This document shows positions 42,712 to 53,522 of a stretch of DNA of 64,000 nucleotides, piece after piece. The DNA is from an uncultured Nitrososphaerales archaeon (GTDB lineage: Archaea > Thermoproteota > Nitrososphaeria > Nitrososphaerales > Nitrososphaeraceae), in assembly GCA_963841565.1 (NCBI GenBank), contig CAWJCY010000003.1, positions 32,001 to 96,000 of the forward strand, written 5' to 3'. Below the pieces are notes generated by a model. That model had not been told where the DNA came from, made no database searches, and worked only from the letters and a program-made list of their open reading frames with translations. The number at the start of each line of letters is the position of its first letter. The stretch's first letter is position 1. Position numbers and translations under genes: made by a program.

Positions 42712-44304
42712 ATGGCAGAATCAAAACCATTTAAGACTGACTCTGGTATAGAGGTAAAGAAGATTTATTCTAATTCTGACGTTCCAGCGAATATTGTTAA
42801 CAACCTTGGATCTCCTGGAGAGTTTCCGTACACCCGTGGAATCTACCCTGAAATGTACCGTGGTAGGCTTTGGACCATGAGAATGTATAGTGGCTTTGGT
42901 AGTGCGGAGGAGACAAATAATAGATTCAAATTCTTGCTGGAACATGGGCAGACAGGTCTTTCCCTTGCATTCGATTTGCCCACTCAAACCGGCCGCGATT
43001 CTGATAATTCACAGTCTGAAGGAGAAGTGGGCAGGACGGGAGTTGCCATCAGCTCGTTGAATGATATGATGACTTGTTTCGACTCCATACCCCTGGACAG
43101 AGTTAGCACATCAATGACCATCAATTCAACTGCCTCGACTCTGCTATCTCTGTACATTGTTGTAGCTGAGAAACAGGGCGTTTCACCTGACAAACTCAGG
43201 GGTACTACTCAAAACGATATTCTGAAGGAGTACATATCACGCAATACATACATCTATCCACCCAGACCGTCACTTAGGCTGATCGGTGATATGATTGAAT
43301 ATACTTCAAAGAAAGTACCTCAGTGGTATCCAATCAGCATCTCAGGTTACCATATGAGAGAAGCCGGGTCAAACGCCATACAAGAGCTTGCCTTTACATT
43401 CGCAAACGCAATTGAGTATATAGATACATGTCGGAAACGGGGACTGGATGTTGACTCATTTGCCCCTAGGCTTTCATTTTTCTTCTGCTGTACAATGGAG
43501 TTCTTTGAAGAGATTTCAAAATTTAGGGCTGCTCGCGGAATTTACTCAAAACTAATGAAGGAAAAGTTTGGAGCAAAAGATCCAAAGTCATGCCATTTAA
43601 GATTCCATGTACAAACTAGCGGTGAGTCGCTTACAGCTCAACAAGTAGACAATAACATAGTACGGGTCTCTTTGCAGGCTCTTGCAGCAGTATTGGGAGG
43701 ATGTCAGTCATTGCATACCAATTCGCGTGACGAAGCATTGGCCCTCCCAACTGAGGAATCAGTGAAGGTAGCACTAAGAACTCAGCAGATAATTGCCAAT
43801 GAAACCGGAATTACCAAGACTGTCGACCCTTTAGGTGGATCGTATTATGTTGAGGAACTTACCGCCAAGATCGAGGACGAGGTTCAAGTTTATTTAAAGA
43901 GGATTGAGTCAATGGGCGGCGCCCTTGCTGCCGTGGAGAAAGGATACTTTCAAGAAGAGATTAGGAAAAACGCTTACAGGTTAAAGAAAGAGATTGACCA
44001 AAATGAGCGAATCATTGTTGGTGTAAATAAATTTCAGGAATTAAAAGACCGGGAACCTCAACTCAACTTGATCAATCCTGAAGCAGAGAAAAAGCAGTTG
44101 TTACGGTTGAAGGAATTTAAGGCATCTAGGGACCAAATAAAAGTAGACTCGGTCCTCTCAGAACTCCAAAAGGCTGCAGAAAATGATGGTGTAAACTTGA
44201 TGCCCTTTATCATTGAATCTGTTAAAACCCGGGCCACACTTGGTGAAATTAGCGCTGTTTTTAAGGAGGTGTTTGGAGCCTATCTTCCAAAGATATCATT
44301 TTAG
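42712..44304 (+). CDS. Methylmalonyl-CoA mutase large subunit
   Basis: PGEFPYTRG, WTMRMYSGF, AFDLPTQ, QNDILKE, SGYHMREAG, HTNS.DEA. Confidence 0.97.
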   Translation: MAESKPFKTDSGIEVKKIYSNSDVPANIVNNLGSPGEFPYTRGIYPEMYRGRLWTMRMYSGFGSAEETNNRFKFLLEHGQTGLSLAFDLPTQTGRDSDNSQSEGEVGRTGVAISSLNDMMTCFDSIPLDRVSTSMTINSTASTLLSLYIVVAEKQGVSPDKLRGTTQNDILKEYISRNTYIYPPRPSLRLIGDMIEYTSKKVPQWYPISISGYHMREAGSNAIQELAFTFANAIEYIDTCRKRGLDVDSFAPRLSFFFCCTMEFFEEISKFRAARGIYSKLMKEKFGAKDPKSCHLRFHVQTSGESLTAQQVDNNIVRVSLQALAAVLGGCQSLHTNSRDEALALPTEESVKVALRTQQIIANETGITKTVDPLGGSYYVEELTAKIEDEVQVYLKRIESMGGALAAVEKGYFQEEIRKNAYRLKKEIDQNERIIVGVNKFQELKDREPQLNLINPEAEKKQLLRLKEFKASRDQIKVDSVLSELQKAAENDGVNLMPFIIESVKTRATLGEISAVFKEVFGAYLPKISF

Positions 44305-44592
44305 GGATTCAAGTTAAAAATTTCAGCTCCACAGCGACATTTCCCTTATGTTTAGATGTTTAACGAGTTTGTGGAATGTGTAAATCTAAGTTCTGGAACA
44401 TCGAGGCCCTCCTACCTTTAGAGGATCGTTGGTCTACAAGATGAACAATATTGTACGTCCTCACTCTTTAGAATGCTTCATTGAAGACGAGCAAATGATG
44501 ACCACTTGATTCTTGACCCTTGATAAGATGTGAGCAAACTTTCCTGGATATACAAATTAATAAGAGACAAAATCTTCAAGAGGTAGATACTG

Positions 44593-44994
44593 TTGCGAAT
44601 TGATCACATCGCTATTGTAGTAAAAGATCTTGAACCAGCTCTGGAGAACTTTAGGAATGTTCTTAATATTAACCATATAGATTTGGAAGATGTACCGGCA
44701 GAAAAGGTTAAGGTCGCCATTTTGAAGCTCGAAGATACAAGGATTGAGCTGCTGCAGCCTCTTGACGATAACAGCCCCATCTCAAAATTCCTGATAGAGA
44801 AAGGTGAAGGGATTCACCATCTAGCCATAACGGCTGATGATATTGAAAAGGATGTTGAGCGTGCCTCCTCTAATGGTGCGAAAATCTTAGGTGGGATTCG
44901 CAGTGGTTCTTATGGCAGAAAAATAACCTTCATTCACCCCAAGTCAGTCAACGGGGTGCTCATGGAGATATGCCAAGCTCCTCCAGAAAGCTGA
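44593..44994 (+). CDS. mce: Methylmalonyl-CoA epimerase
   Basis: IDHIAI, IELLQP, GEGIHHLA, FIHPK..NGVLME. Confidence 0.94.
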   Translation: MRIDHIAIVVKDLEPALENFRNVLNINHIDLEDVPAEKVKVAILKLEDTRIELLQPLDDNSPISKFLIEKGEGIHHLAITADDIEKDVERASSNGAKILGGIRSGSYGRKITFIHPKSVNGVLMEICQAPPES

Positions 44995-45006
44995 AAGGGA
45001 GATATA

Positions 45007-45135
45007 TTAGCTCAGGGTAACAATCCAAGCACAGGCTCTACATTCCAGAACAATCAACCCCTCTTGTTTGCCAAGGATTTTGAACTTTTTTGATCCGCAT
45101 TTGACACAGATGGGGCATTGCCTTGCACCTTTCAT
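45007..45135 (-). CDS. Small Zn-ribbon protein (not in ORF track)
   Basis: MKGARQCPICVKCGSKKFKILGKQEGLIVLECRACAWIVTLS; may extend to an ATG near 45179 via an indel. Confidence 0.6.
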   Translation of the reverse strand: MKGARQCPICVKCGSKKFKILGKQEGLIVLECRACAWIVTLS

Positions 45136-45179
45136 ACATCATAGGTCACTGAAGCATTGGACTGGTTGTCAACTTCCAT

Positions 45180-45776
45180 TTAATTGTCTATCTTTAAACC
45201 GGTTGTGGTAGCCAATACACGTTCCTGTTCTAATTGGGACTTTTTCAATTTCTTTAAGCGAGAAACTCCATCAACTTCGTTTATAAACAATGTTACAGGC
45301 GTTGGAACGAGGTCTTGCCAATTGCCATTTCGAACAATTAGATTTCTTATTCGAGTTCCATTGAATATCTTGTACCTTACAAAAGTGGGCGATTTGACTT
45401 TCACATCCTTCGGCAAGAGAAGTTGAACAAACTGATTGCCTGAATACACCGTCTTGACTTTCGGAATAATGGACCTAATATTCTCAAACCAAGTGTAGTT
45501 ATTATTGCTATTCGGTACAGGAAGTACGTAGCAGTTAGACATCCTCAACCCACTTTTTTTAAGGCTCTCGTGCACCATAGTAATTCTCTCTCCTGCAGTA
45601 AAGGGGTCGTTAAAAGAAAAATTAGCTTCTGGACTTCCAATTGCTACAACCAATTCTTCACATTCAGAAAGTATTTGTTCGGCAAGACTTAGATGACCCA
45701 AGTGGAAAGGCTGATATCTTCCTATCATTAGCCCACGATTTGTTTTGTCGGCGAACTCTAATCCCCCACCTTCCAT
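45180..45776 (-). CDS. nadM: Nicotinamide-nucleotide adenylyltransferase
   Basis: GRYQPFHLGH, PFTAGER, GTRIR, WQDLVP. Confidence 0.93.
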   Translation of the reverse strand: MEGGGLEFADKTNRGLMIGRYQPFHLGHLSLAEQILSECEELVVAIGSPEANFSFNDPFTAGERITMVHESLKKSGLRMSNCYVLPVPNSNNNYTWFENIRSIIPKVKTVYSGNQFVQLLLPKDVKVKSPTFVRYKIFNGTRIRNLIVRNGNWQDLVPTPVTLFINEVDGVSRLKKLKKSQLEQERVLATTTGLKIDN

Positions 45777-47407
45777 TTGTCGAGATCTAGTTTACTCTTT
45801 TCAATCTTTTGGAACAATGGTTGAATTTCTCCGATCTTGTGACCTGCCTTCATATCCATTTGTGATGCACTGCTCCATTTCTGGTCGTGCACGTTCCTAG
45901 TAAGACCGAGTTGATCCCAAATCCTTACTGCAGAATCTGGGATAAAGGGGTCCAACAATATAGCCAGCGATTTTACAGCATTTGCAGAAATGTAGAGCGC
46001 GTTTTGAGCCGTTTGTCTGTCCTCCCAAGGTTTCTTTCTCTGAAAATACTTGTTTAGATTAGAACTGAAATCGAGTATCTCTCTCATCGCCTTTTCGATC
46101 TCGTTATTTGAGATAGCAGTACCAACGAGCTCAGCTATCTCTGAGATTCTATTTGCAATTGCGAGATCAACATCATCGTAAGCAGATGGATCTGGAACAA
46201 AACCATCAAATGTTGTCTTGATAAAGGACAGGGTTCGATGGATAAAATTTCCAACGTTCGCGATGAGTTCATTATTTATCCGCTCAATGAATACGTCCCA
46301 ATCGAAGTTTATATCTGTTTGAGAATAGGGAGTTACTCGGGCGAGATAAAACCTTACATAGTCAGACGGAAATAATTGCAAGAAATCCCTCAGTCCTATA
46401 TACCAACCTCTACTCTTTGATATTTTTCGGTTGTTGAGCATTAGATGACCTCTAGTAGGGATATAATCAGGAAGTTTGTACTCATATTCAATTCCCATTC
46501 GTATGGCGGGTAGGAAAAGATAATGATGGTACACAATATCCTTTCCAATGAAATGATAAATCTCCGAATTATTCCATAATTCCTTCCCATTACTATTTCC
46601 TGATTCCTTAAAGAATGAGAGAAAAGTAGAGATATAGCAGATGTGGTTATCAAACCAACCATAGAAAACTTGACCTCTGGCTTCCTTCTTTGGGATCGGC
46701 ACTCCCCAAGACAAGTCTCTAGTTATGTCCCAGTCAATTAATCCCTCATCAATCCATTTCAAAACATAGCTTGTAACGTCGGATTGGAGGTTATGGTTCG
46801 AAGTCAGCCAATCTCTTAACTGTCCTGAGAAAGTTGAAAGTCTAAAAAAATAATGAGTACTTGTTTTTTTAACTGGGACTTTACCACAGATTCTACATCT
46901 TGGTTCCAAAATCTTGTCAGGAACTCTACCACAATTTTCACATAGATCTGAATATTGATTTTCAGATAGGCAAAAAGGGCATTTTCCCACTACGTATCTA
47001 TCAGGCAGAAACTTCTTATCAAACTCACAAAAAAATTGAACAATGTCCTTCTCGTAAATATGCCCATTCGTACAAAGTTTATTGAAAATCTCTTGCGTTA
47101 GCTGAATGTTTTCTTCCGAGCTGGTTTGGGAAAAGTAGTCAAAGGAGATATTCAAAGATCGAAAGTCTTTCAGATCATTATCTCTCCAGGATTTTACATA
47201 TTGTTGTGGTGTAACTGACTCTTTCTCGGCATTTATTAGGATAGGAGTACCAAAGTCATCAGTAGCACAGAAATGATACACCTTCCTTTCCAAGTGCCTC
47301 CAATATCGTGTAAATATATCAGCCGGCAAATAAGTCGACGCTATGTGGCCTAGATGTATTTCTCCATTCGCATACGGTAATGCGCTCGTGATTATCAGAC
47401 TTTTCAT
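45758..47407 (-). CDS. metG: Methionine--tRNA ligase
   Basis: SALPYANG.IHLGH, WDITRD..WG, GKDI, KISKS. Confidence 0.97.
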   Translation of the reverse strand: MKSLIITSALPYANGEIHLGHIASTYLPADIFTRYWRHLERKVYHFCATDDFGTPILINAEKESVTPQQYVKSWRDNDLKDFRSLNISFDYFSQTSSEENIQLTQEIFNKLCTNGHIYEKDIVQFFCEFDKKFLPDRYVVGKCPFCLSENQYSDLCENCGRVPDKILEPRCRICGKVPVKKTSTHYFFRLSTFSGQLRDWLTSNHNLQSDVTSYVLKWIDEGLIDWDITRDLSWGVPIPKKEARGQVFYGWFDNHICYISTFLSFFKESGNSNGKELWNNSEIYHFIGKDIVYHHYLFLPAIRMGIEYEYKLPDYIPTRGHLMLNNRKISKSRGWYIGLRDFLQLFPSDYVRFYLARVTPYSQTDINFDWDVFIERINNELIANVGNFIHRTLSFIKTTFDGFVPDPSAYDDVDLAIANRISEIAELVGTAISNNEIEKAMREILDFSSNLNKYFQRKKPWEDRQTAQNALYISANAVKSLAILLDPFIPDSAVRIWDQLGLTRNVHDQKWSSASQMDMKAGHKIGEIQPLFQKIEKSKLDLDKWKVGD

Positions 47408-47505
47408 GAGCTTTTTTGTAACCAGTATTCAAACGTGATTTGGGTCTGGATTTTAAACTTATCCTTGACAAGAGGCTATTAAATTAGCCCTTAAAATTAC
47501 TTATC

Positions 47506-48708
47506 TTAAATTTGCTCCACATTGATGCCAAAAGCGTTCAACGCGTACTCTGAGATCCTACGATCGATGCGCTCCGGAACGTCATACACCCGAGACTCTA
47601 GTGAGCCCATTTTTTTTGCCAAATAAATTATGGACATCAGCTGGTTCGCAAACGATAATGCCATGACTTCAGGCGGATGTCCTTCGGCACCTACTAGATT
47701 GATCACACGACCTGAGGCGAGCAAATAGACACACTTGCCATTAACCGTATACTGCTGAATGTTAGTTCTAATCTCCTTTGGTTTCTGATCCTGGGATTTC
47801 ATGTAGCCAATATCTATTTCAAAATCAAAATGTCCTGCGTTACAAAGGATTACTCCATCCTTCATTCTGTCAATATGTTCCTTCCTAATAATTTTGTAGC
47901 TTCCTGTACAAGTGATGAAGATGTCGCCGTACTTGCATGCAGATGCCAGTGGATGTACTTCGTAACCTTCCATATGCGCTTCTAGAGCCTTGATTGGATC
48001 GATTTCCGTCACTGTAACGATTGCTCCCATTCCACGCAGCCTGGAAGCAACCCCTTTCCCCACCCATCCATAGCCGCACACAATAGCATGTTTGCCAGGA
48101 AGGAAGACCGACGTGGTTCTTAGTAGTCCATCGACAGTGCTCTGCCCTGTACCGTAGCGATTGTCGAATAAATATTTGGTTCGTGCATTATTTATGGCTA
48201 TTATTGGGTACTTAAGTTGCCTCCCAAATTCCAATTCTTTGAGTCTTGTCACACCACTGGTAGTTTCTTCTGTTCCAGCGACAATATTACTATCTGAAGA
48301 CCGGTGTACCATTAAGTGGAGTTCGGCCCCATCATCAGTAACAATTTCAGGCTTAAACTTTATCACCTTCAACATATTGTCCTGATACTGCTCATAGGAT
48401 TCGCATCTAGTTGCGAAGACCCGTATCTTTTGATCTTTAAGAAAGCAAGCAATATCATTCTGAATTGACAACGGATTTGCGGAGCATAATGCCATTTCTG
48501 CTCCCAGTACCTTTAGGGCCATGACCAGCACGGAGGTCTCTTTTGTAATATGGAGACATATTCCTAGTTTTATTCCTTCTAACGGTAACGCTCTAGATGC
48601 AGAAAAGTCCTTAGTTATGCGATCGATAATCCTCATCCTTGACTTTGCCCATTCGTGCGATTTTTGACCATCAGATATTAATCTTGATCTAGAAGACCTA
48701 TCTGTCAA
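47506..48708 (-). CDS. ahcY: Adenosylhomocysteinase (paralogue 2, short C-terminus)
   Basis: CLHITKET, EETTSG, KYLFDNRYGTGQS, GYGWVGKG, GHFD, GHP. Confidence 0.93.
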   Translation of the reverse strand: MTDRSSRSRLISDGQKSHEWAKSRMRIIDRITKDFSASRALPLEGIKLGICLHITKETSVLVMALKVLGAEMALCSANPLSIQNDIACFLKDQKIRVFATRCESYEQYQDNMLKVIKFKPEIVTDDGAELHLMVHRSSDSNIVAGTEETTSGVTRLKELEFGRQLKYPIIAINNARTKYLFDNRYGTGQSTVDGLLRTTSVFLPGKHAIVCGYGWVGKGVASRLRGMGAIVTVTEIDPIKALEAHMEGYEVHPLASACKYGDIFITCTGSYKIIRKEHIDRMKDGVILCNAGHFDFEIDIGYMKSQDQKPKEIRTNIQQYTVNGKCVYLLASGRVINLVGAEGHPPEVMALSFANQLMSIIYLAKKMGSLESRVYDVPERIDRRISEYALNAFGINVEQI

Positions 48709-48744
48709 TTTATAGTGACTTTGGGAGACAGATTGCTTAATAAA

Positions 48745-49223
48745 TTATCTTAGTGTATTTATTAAATTAAAAGATTCAAGTTCGTATTTGGTGGCATTTG
48801 ATAGTAAATCTATCGATGTTTCGTTAAGCCTTGGGTCACCTGTTTCTACAAAGTCCCGAAACACAGCATAACTCGAACGCTCAGAATTTAAACTTTTAAT
48901 GTAAAGATCGAGAGCTTCTTGGTACTTGTGGGCGGCTTAAAGGAAGAAGCCCTCTCCACCAAAAGATCATACTCAGATAGGAAAGCACTGGTAATCTCGA
49001 CGAGCTTGCGATCGTCATATTGATCTGTTTCCCACTTTTCAATTTCTTTATGATAATTTTCAGTTACACCAGTTGTAGCGTCAACTAATGAATAGTAATT
49101 CTCCAAGAACTGCTTTTCTTCATTAACTTGTGAGTGAGAGAGAGAAGCAAGATAGATCCCAGCAGATGCTAATGCCAATATTATTCCAATTACAATATAG
49201 GTCTTTGCTCGCTTTTTCGACAC
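48745..49223 (-). CDS. Membrane-anchored helical hypothetical protein, frameshift near 48930
   Basis: N-terminal TM helix; alternative frame HKYQEALDLYIKSLNSERSSY...LINTLR ends at 48745. Confidence 0.65.
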
Positions 49224-49364
49224 GCCATTTCGTAAACTAGCGTACTTAACATATCAGAAATAAATGTTCCAATCGCACAATTTCCTTTAGGCACCTGTTA
49301 AGGTTATTCAAGACTCTATTCAAAAAATCGGAGTCGCATGATGTTGCCTCTGACACATACCGAA

Positions 49365-50771
49365 TTAGATCCGAGAATTGTATTTTTCGACTTTCTTCCA
49401 GAATGATCTTCCTGCACGATCCGTTAATTCAACTGAATATTTTTCAAGAAGTGTAGTCCTTATTTCATCTGACTCTCTGTACTTGTGTTCTGCTCTGAGG
49501 TTGTCTCTTCTAACAATCATGGCACTAACTTCTTTAACTTCATCCTCTGAAATATCGACTAATTTTAGACCCAGTAAGTCCATTATTTTGTAGTATGTAT
49601 TGCCAGCTATTGTAGCGAGTTCTTTACTTAACCCATTGGAGAGAGCCATCTTATTAACATAAGTTACAAATTCCAAGAAAATCTTGAGAGCCAAAGACGA
49701 GTTTAAGTCATTCTCTAGCGCCATTTTGAATTTCTCAAGACATTTTCTTGAAAGATCACTCATTATTTCAAGATTGTCAGTATTGTGAGCTCCACTTGCA
49801 AACCTCAACTCCCAACCGCAATTTTCGATAGTATTCCAGCTGCGCCTTATTTCTACTAAAACATCTTCCCTATAATCAAGGGGCTTTGAGTAATGGACCG
49901 AGTAGCAAAATAGTCTGATTACATTTCCACCCCATTTGGCCAGCGCGTTCTCAACAGTTATGATATTCCCTAATGACTTCGACATTTTTTCATTGTTAAT
50001 TGTTACCATTCCGCAATGGAGCCAGAGCTTTGCAAAGCACTGATTTGAATAGGACTCGGATTGAGCGATCTCATTTTCGTGATGCGGAAATATGAGGTCA
50101 TTTCCACCACAATGGATTTCTATGGTACTTCCAAGATATTTCTCCACCATGGCAGAGCATTCTATGTGCCATCCAGGCCTTCCTGTTCCCCATAGACTAG
50201 GATAAAAGGGTCTTGAAGAAGTAAATTTCCATAACGCGAAGTCCAATGGATGCTCTTTGGTATAGTCAACTTCGACCCGCGCCCCAGCTACTAAATCATT
50301 AAGTGGCTTTCTTGAAAGTTTCCCGTATTCAGGATACGAGGTCACTCTAAAATAAATGCCATTGGTTGTTATGTAGGCGTTACCATTTGCTAGTAATTTA
50401 CCTATCATGCTCGTCATTTCAGCAATATTTTCAGTGGCCTTCGGATATTTCTCCGCCTGAACTATATTCAATTTGTCAAAGTCTTTTTGATATTGGAGTA
50501 TGTATTTGTGAGCGATTTCTTCAGCACTCGTCGCTTCCTGCTCTGCCCTTTTAATAATCTTGTCATCAACATCTGTAAAATTCTGCACAAACCTCACTCT
50601 AAAGCCTGAATCCCTTAGAAGTCTGTTAAGCAAATCAATAGCGACTATTGTCCTAGCGTGTCCTATGTGGGATTTATCATAGACGGTAACGCCGCACAGA
50701 TACATTCGAATGACGTTATTCTGACCAGGGATTTGCTCTACGTTTCTTGTAAGCGTGTTATAGAGTCTCAT
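49365..50771 (-). CDS. cysS: Cysteine--tRNA ligase
   Basis: CGVTVYD..HIGH, GRPGWHIECS, FPHHENE, KMSKS. Confidence 0.98.
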   Translation of the reverse strand: MRLYNTLTRNVEQIPGQNNVIRMYLCGVTVYDKSHIGHARTIVAIDLLNRLLRDSGFRVRFVQNFTDVDDKIIKRAEQEATSAEEIAHKYILQYQKDFDKLNIVQAEKYPKATENIAEMTSMIGKLLANGNAYITTNGIYFRVTSYPEYGKLSRKPLNDLVAGARVEVDYTKEHPLDFALWKFTSSRPFYPSLWGTGRPGWHIECSAMVEKYLGSTIEIHCGGNDLIFPHHENEIAQSESYSNQCFAKLWLHCGMVTINNEKMSKSLGNIITVENALAKWGGNVIRLFCYSVHYSKPLDYREDVLVEIRRSWNTIENCGWELRFASGAHNTDNLEIMSDLSRKCLEKFKMALENDLNSSLALKIFLEFVTYVNKMALSNGLSKELATIAGNTYYKIMDLLGLKLVDISEDEVKEVSAMIVRRDNLRAEHKYRESDEIRTTLLEKYSVELTDRAGRSFWKKVEKYNSRI

Positions 50772-50792
50772 ATCCGTGAAACTTGCTAGCGA

Positions 50793-51107
50793 CTATTCAT
50801 TCGCTATTTCAAGGTATATTTGATCTTCAATGACCTTAACTTCGTATGTAGTCAATCGAACACCATCAAGATAATCCAACAGCTGCCCAGTTTTGATGTT
50901 GTAATGCCAAAAATGCAATGGACATTCAACTACTTCACCTTCTATCTTTCCGGGGGCAAGGGAGCCATCCTGGTGACGACATATAGCTTCGATCGCGTAA
51001 TACCTTCCATTTGCATAGAAGAGAGCTATGCGAGTTTCTCCGACCTTAACCTCTCTACCAGCATTTTCCTTGATATCCCCTACTTCACCAACTTTCACGA
51101 GAGTCAT
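50793..51107 (-). CDS. Rieske [2Fe-2S] ferredoxin
   Basis: CRH...CPLH Rieske ligands. Confidence 0.92.
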   Translation of the reverse strand: MTLVKVGEVGDIKENAGREVKVGETRIALFYANGRYYAIEAICRHQDGSLAPGKIEGEVVECPLHFWHYNIKTGQLLDYLDGVRLTTYEVKVIEDQIYLEIANE

Positions 51108-51215
51108 TATTAAAATATTTCCTTAGTGTTTCTTAGCATGTTTCAAAACATATGAATTTATCTAGTAAATTTAGCGTTCTAAACCATTTCTCGTAATTCA
51201 TTTTGCGATATTGCG

Positions 51216-51422
51216 ATGGTTCGTGAATCTATATATGGACGAAGTAGCCTCTATTCCTTATTGGACATTCAAAGCCGGATTTGTGAGGATACAGGAAGTA
51301 TAAGGACATGTGCTTTGTGTTCCAAAAGCCTGGACCCTACTAAAGTGGTAGCATTGTGCGACGATTGCTTGAAAATTGCTGACTGCTGCGTCGGCCTGGA
51401 GCGAGTCTCCGAAACGGAATAA
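51216..51422 (+). CDS. Small Cys-rich protein
   Basis: CALC...LCDDC motif pair in a 68-aa ORF. Confidence 0.5.
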   Translation: MVRESIYGRSSLYSLLDIQSRICEDTGSIRTCALCSKSLDPTKVVALCDDCLKIADCCVGLERVSETE

Positions 51423-51426
51423 AGGG

Positions 51427-51981
51427 CTATTCGACTGTTTTAAGAGTATCGGTCACGGTAATGACACCAATAAGCTCGCCTCTCTCACTTACCAAAACAC
51501 ATTTTGAAAATCTTACAAGAGGTATGAGTGCCTTTGCAGGTATTGAAATATCTACTATTGGCGGCGGCGGTTCCATTATAGCTGATACCGTCATGCGTTT
51601 GATGTCTTTCTGCTCTTTTTCGATCATTATTCTCGCGAGAAGGTCTTCACTTACGACCCCTATCAATTTAGAGTCATGAAAAACAGGGAGTTGGCTAATC
51701 GAATGTTTCCTCATCAATTCAATAGCATCATGAAGAGTATCATTTCTCTGAACAAACATCAACGACCGACTGCAAATGTCTCCCGCCTTAATCGATGACT
51801 GCCCCTCTAGCGAATTGAGTACTTCAAATATTTTCCTGGCTGTCTCATAGCTGGGTTTACATCTTCCAGATTCGATCTGATTAATCATTGAAGTACTGAT
51901 TCCAGTATGTGCAGCCAGGTTTCTTTGGGTAAGTCCTAGTCTTATCCTTAACTGCTTTATATACTGCAGGTTTGGAAGCAT
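51427..51981 (-). CDS. XRE-type HTH plus CBS-pair transcriptional regulator
   Basis: LGLTQRNLA..TGIS.S.I.QIESG; ISQLPV, IGVIT..D. Confidence 0.92.
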   Translation of the reverse strand: MLPNLQYIKQLRIRLGLTQRNLAAHTGISTSMINQIESGRCKPSYETARKIFEVLNSLEGQSSIKAGDICSRSLMFVQRNDTLHDAIELMRKHSISQLPVFHDSKLIGVVSEDLLARIMIEKEQKDIKRMTVSAIMEPPPPIVDISIPAKALIPLVRFSKCVLVSERGELIGVITVTDTLKTVE

Positions 51982-52102
51982 AGATTGCTTGCCTTTCTTT
52001 TGTAGCGTTCTCTTATAATCTATGTCAATGGATTAGCCTCCTAAGCGTGCCGGTTTGATAACCTTATATTCCATTCATGTTGATGTGATATGTTTTGGTT
52101 AA

Positions 52103-53407
52103 ATGTCTAAGAGCGTTACCTCAGAAACTAAATGGGATTCAGTAAGAAGATATAAACTTACACGAATGATAAATGAGCTGTCGGGTATTTCTGGACATGG
52201 TACTGAGCTTGTTACCGTCTATATCCCTCCTAGAAGACCAATTTATGATGTCATCGCTCAACTTAGAACAGAAGCAGGAACGGCCTCTAACATTAAGTCC
52301 GATTTGACAAGAACACACGTTCAAGATGCATTGAGCAGGACGGTAGAGCAACTGAAGTTGTTCAAGGAGACGCCAGAAAATGGTTTGATTATATTTTGTG
52401 GCGCGCTACCAACTGGGAAAGGGATAGGGACTGAGAAAATCGAAATATTTCCGGTTATGCCTCCTAAACCTGTACAGATCCAGCTGTACAGATGTGACGA
52501 CCATTTTTGGACCGATCATTTGAAGGATATGTTAAAGGATGATAAGGCAATGGGGCTTCTCACAATTGATACCCAAGAAGCAGGTCTAGGAGTATTATCG
52601 GGTGATAGGTGGCAAGTAGAGGACACGTTAACTTCAGGTGTGTCAGGTAAACATAGACAAGGCGGCCAATCAGCACGAAGATTTGAACGGTTAAGGGATA
52701 ACGAGCTAAATGAGTATTACAAGAGAATAGCGGAAAGGGCTCATCGGATTTTGATTGATCAACATAAAGTCAAGGGATTAATCGTAGGAGGCCCAGGACC
52801 CACGAAAGATACCTTTCTCAAAGAAGAATATTTGGACTATCGACTTCAAGGCAACGTTGTAGCCGTACTCGATACTTCGTATTCGGGTGAAGAGGGTGTA
52901 AGGGAGTTGGTTGACAAAGTCAACGATGAAGGTGTCATGGATGGATATCGGTTGATGGAGGAGAAGAAGATTGTGAAAAGATTTATGAAGGAAGTTTATT
53001 CGGACAAGGGATTGGGGATCTATGGCGTAAATGACGTCATCAAGGCCTTGCGAAGTGGGATCGTGGAACTTGTTATAGTTACTGACGATATTTCGGTTGC
53101 AGTAGTAGAGGCGAATTGCAGGAAATGCGGGAACCGCGATATCGAAATAGTAGAGAGACCTCGTCTACTGATGGCAAGGCAAGAATTGCTCTCTAGTTCA
53201 TGCAAAAATTGTGGGAACCCTGATCATGAAACCAAAGAGAGAGACATTGTAGAATATTTGGAAGAACTCTCCAATTCAACAGGAGCAGGGTTGGAAATAA
53301 TTTCGGGTAAATCTGAGGAAGGGGCTCAAGTTTCTAGTCTTGGAAAAGTGGGAGCAATCCTCAGGTTTAGGCCTACTATCAATCAAACAGGCGGTTCAAA
53401 CTTTTGA
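52103..53407 (+). CDS. prf1: Peptide chain release factor aRF1
   Basis: TASNIKS, YRCD, GGQSARRF; Zn-ribbon insert. Confidence 0.97.
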   Translation: MSKSVTSETKWDSVRRYKLTRMINELSGISGHGTELVTVYIPPRRPIYDVIAQLRTEAGTASNIKSDLTRTHVQDALSRTVEQLKLFKETPENGLIIFCGALPTGKGIGTEKIEIFPVMPPKPVQIQLYRCDDHFWTDHLKDMLKDDKAMGLLTIDTQEAGLGVLSGDRWQVEDTLTSGVSGKHRQGGQSARRFERLRDNELNEYYKRIAERAHRILIDQHKVKGLIVGGPGPTKDTFLKEEYLDYRLQGNVVAVLDTSYSGEEGVRELVDKVNDEGVMDGYRLMEEKKIVKRFMKEVYSDKGLGIYGVNDVIKALRSGIVELVIVTDDISVAVVEANCRKCGNRDIEIVERPRLLMARQELLSSSCKNCGNPDHETKERDIVEYLEELSNSTGAGLEIISGKSEEGAQVSSLGKVGAILRFRPTINQTGGSNF

Positions 53408-53522
53408 CCAAGACTCATCTTCCGCCCTGTGCTTAACTGAGCATGATGCCTCTCCTATCTCGCTAGGCCCAATGAGGTCGATAACCTTTTAGATTATAGA
53501 TGCTGTATGTTCTTCAAGAACC

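Noticed and set aside
44495-44548. C/D box sRNA candidate (ATGATGA...TTGA...TTGATAA...CTGG)
   Set aside because: The terminal D box is CTGG rather than CTGA, and I could not identify a guide target
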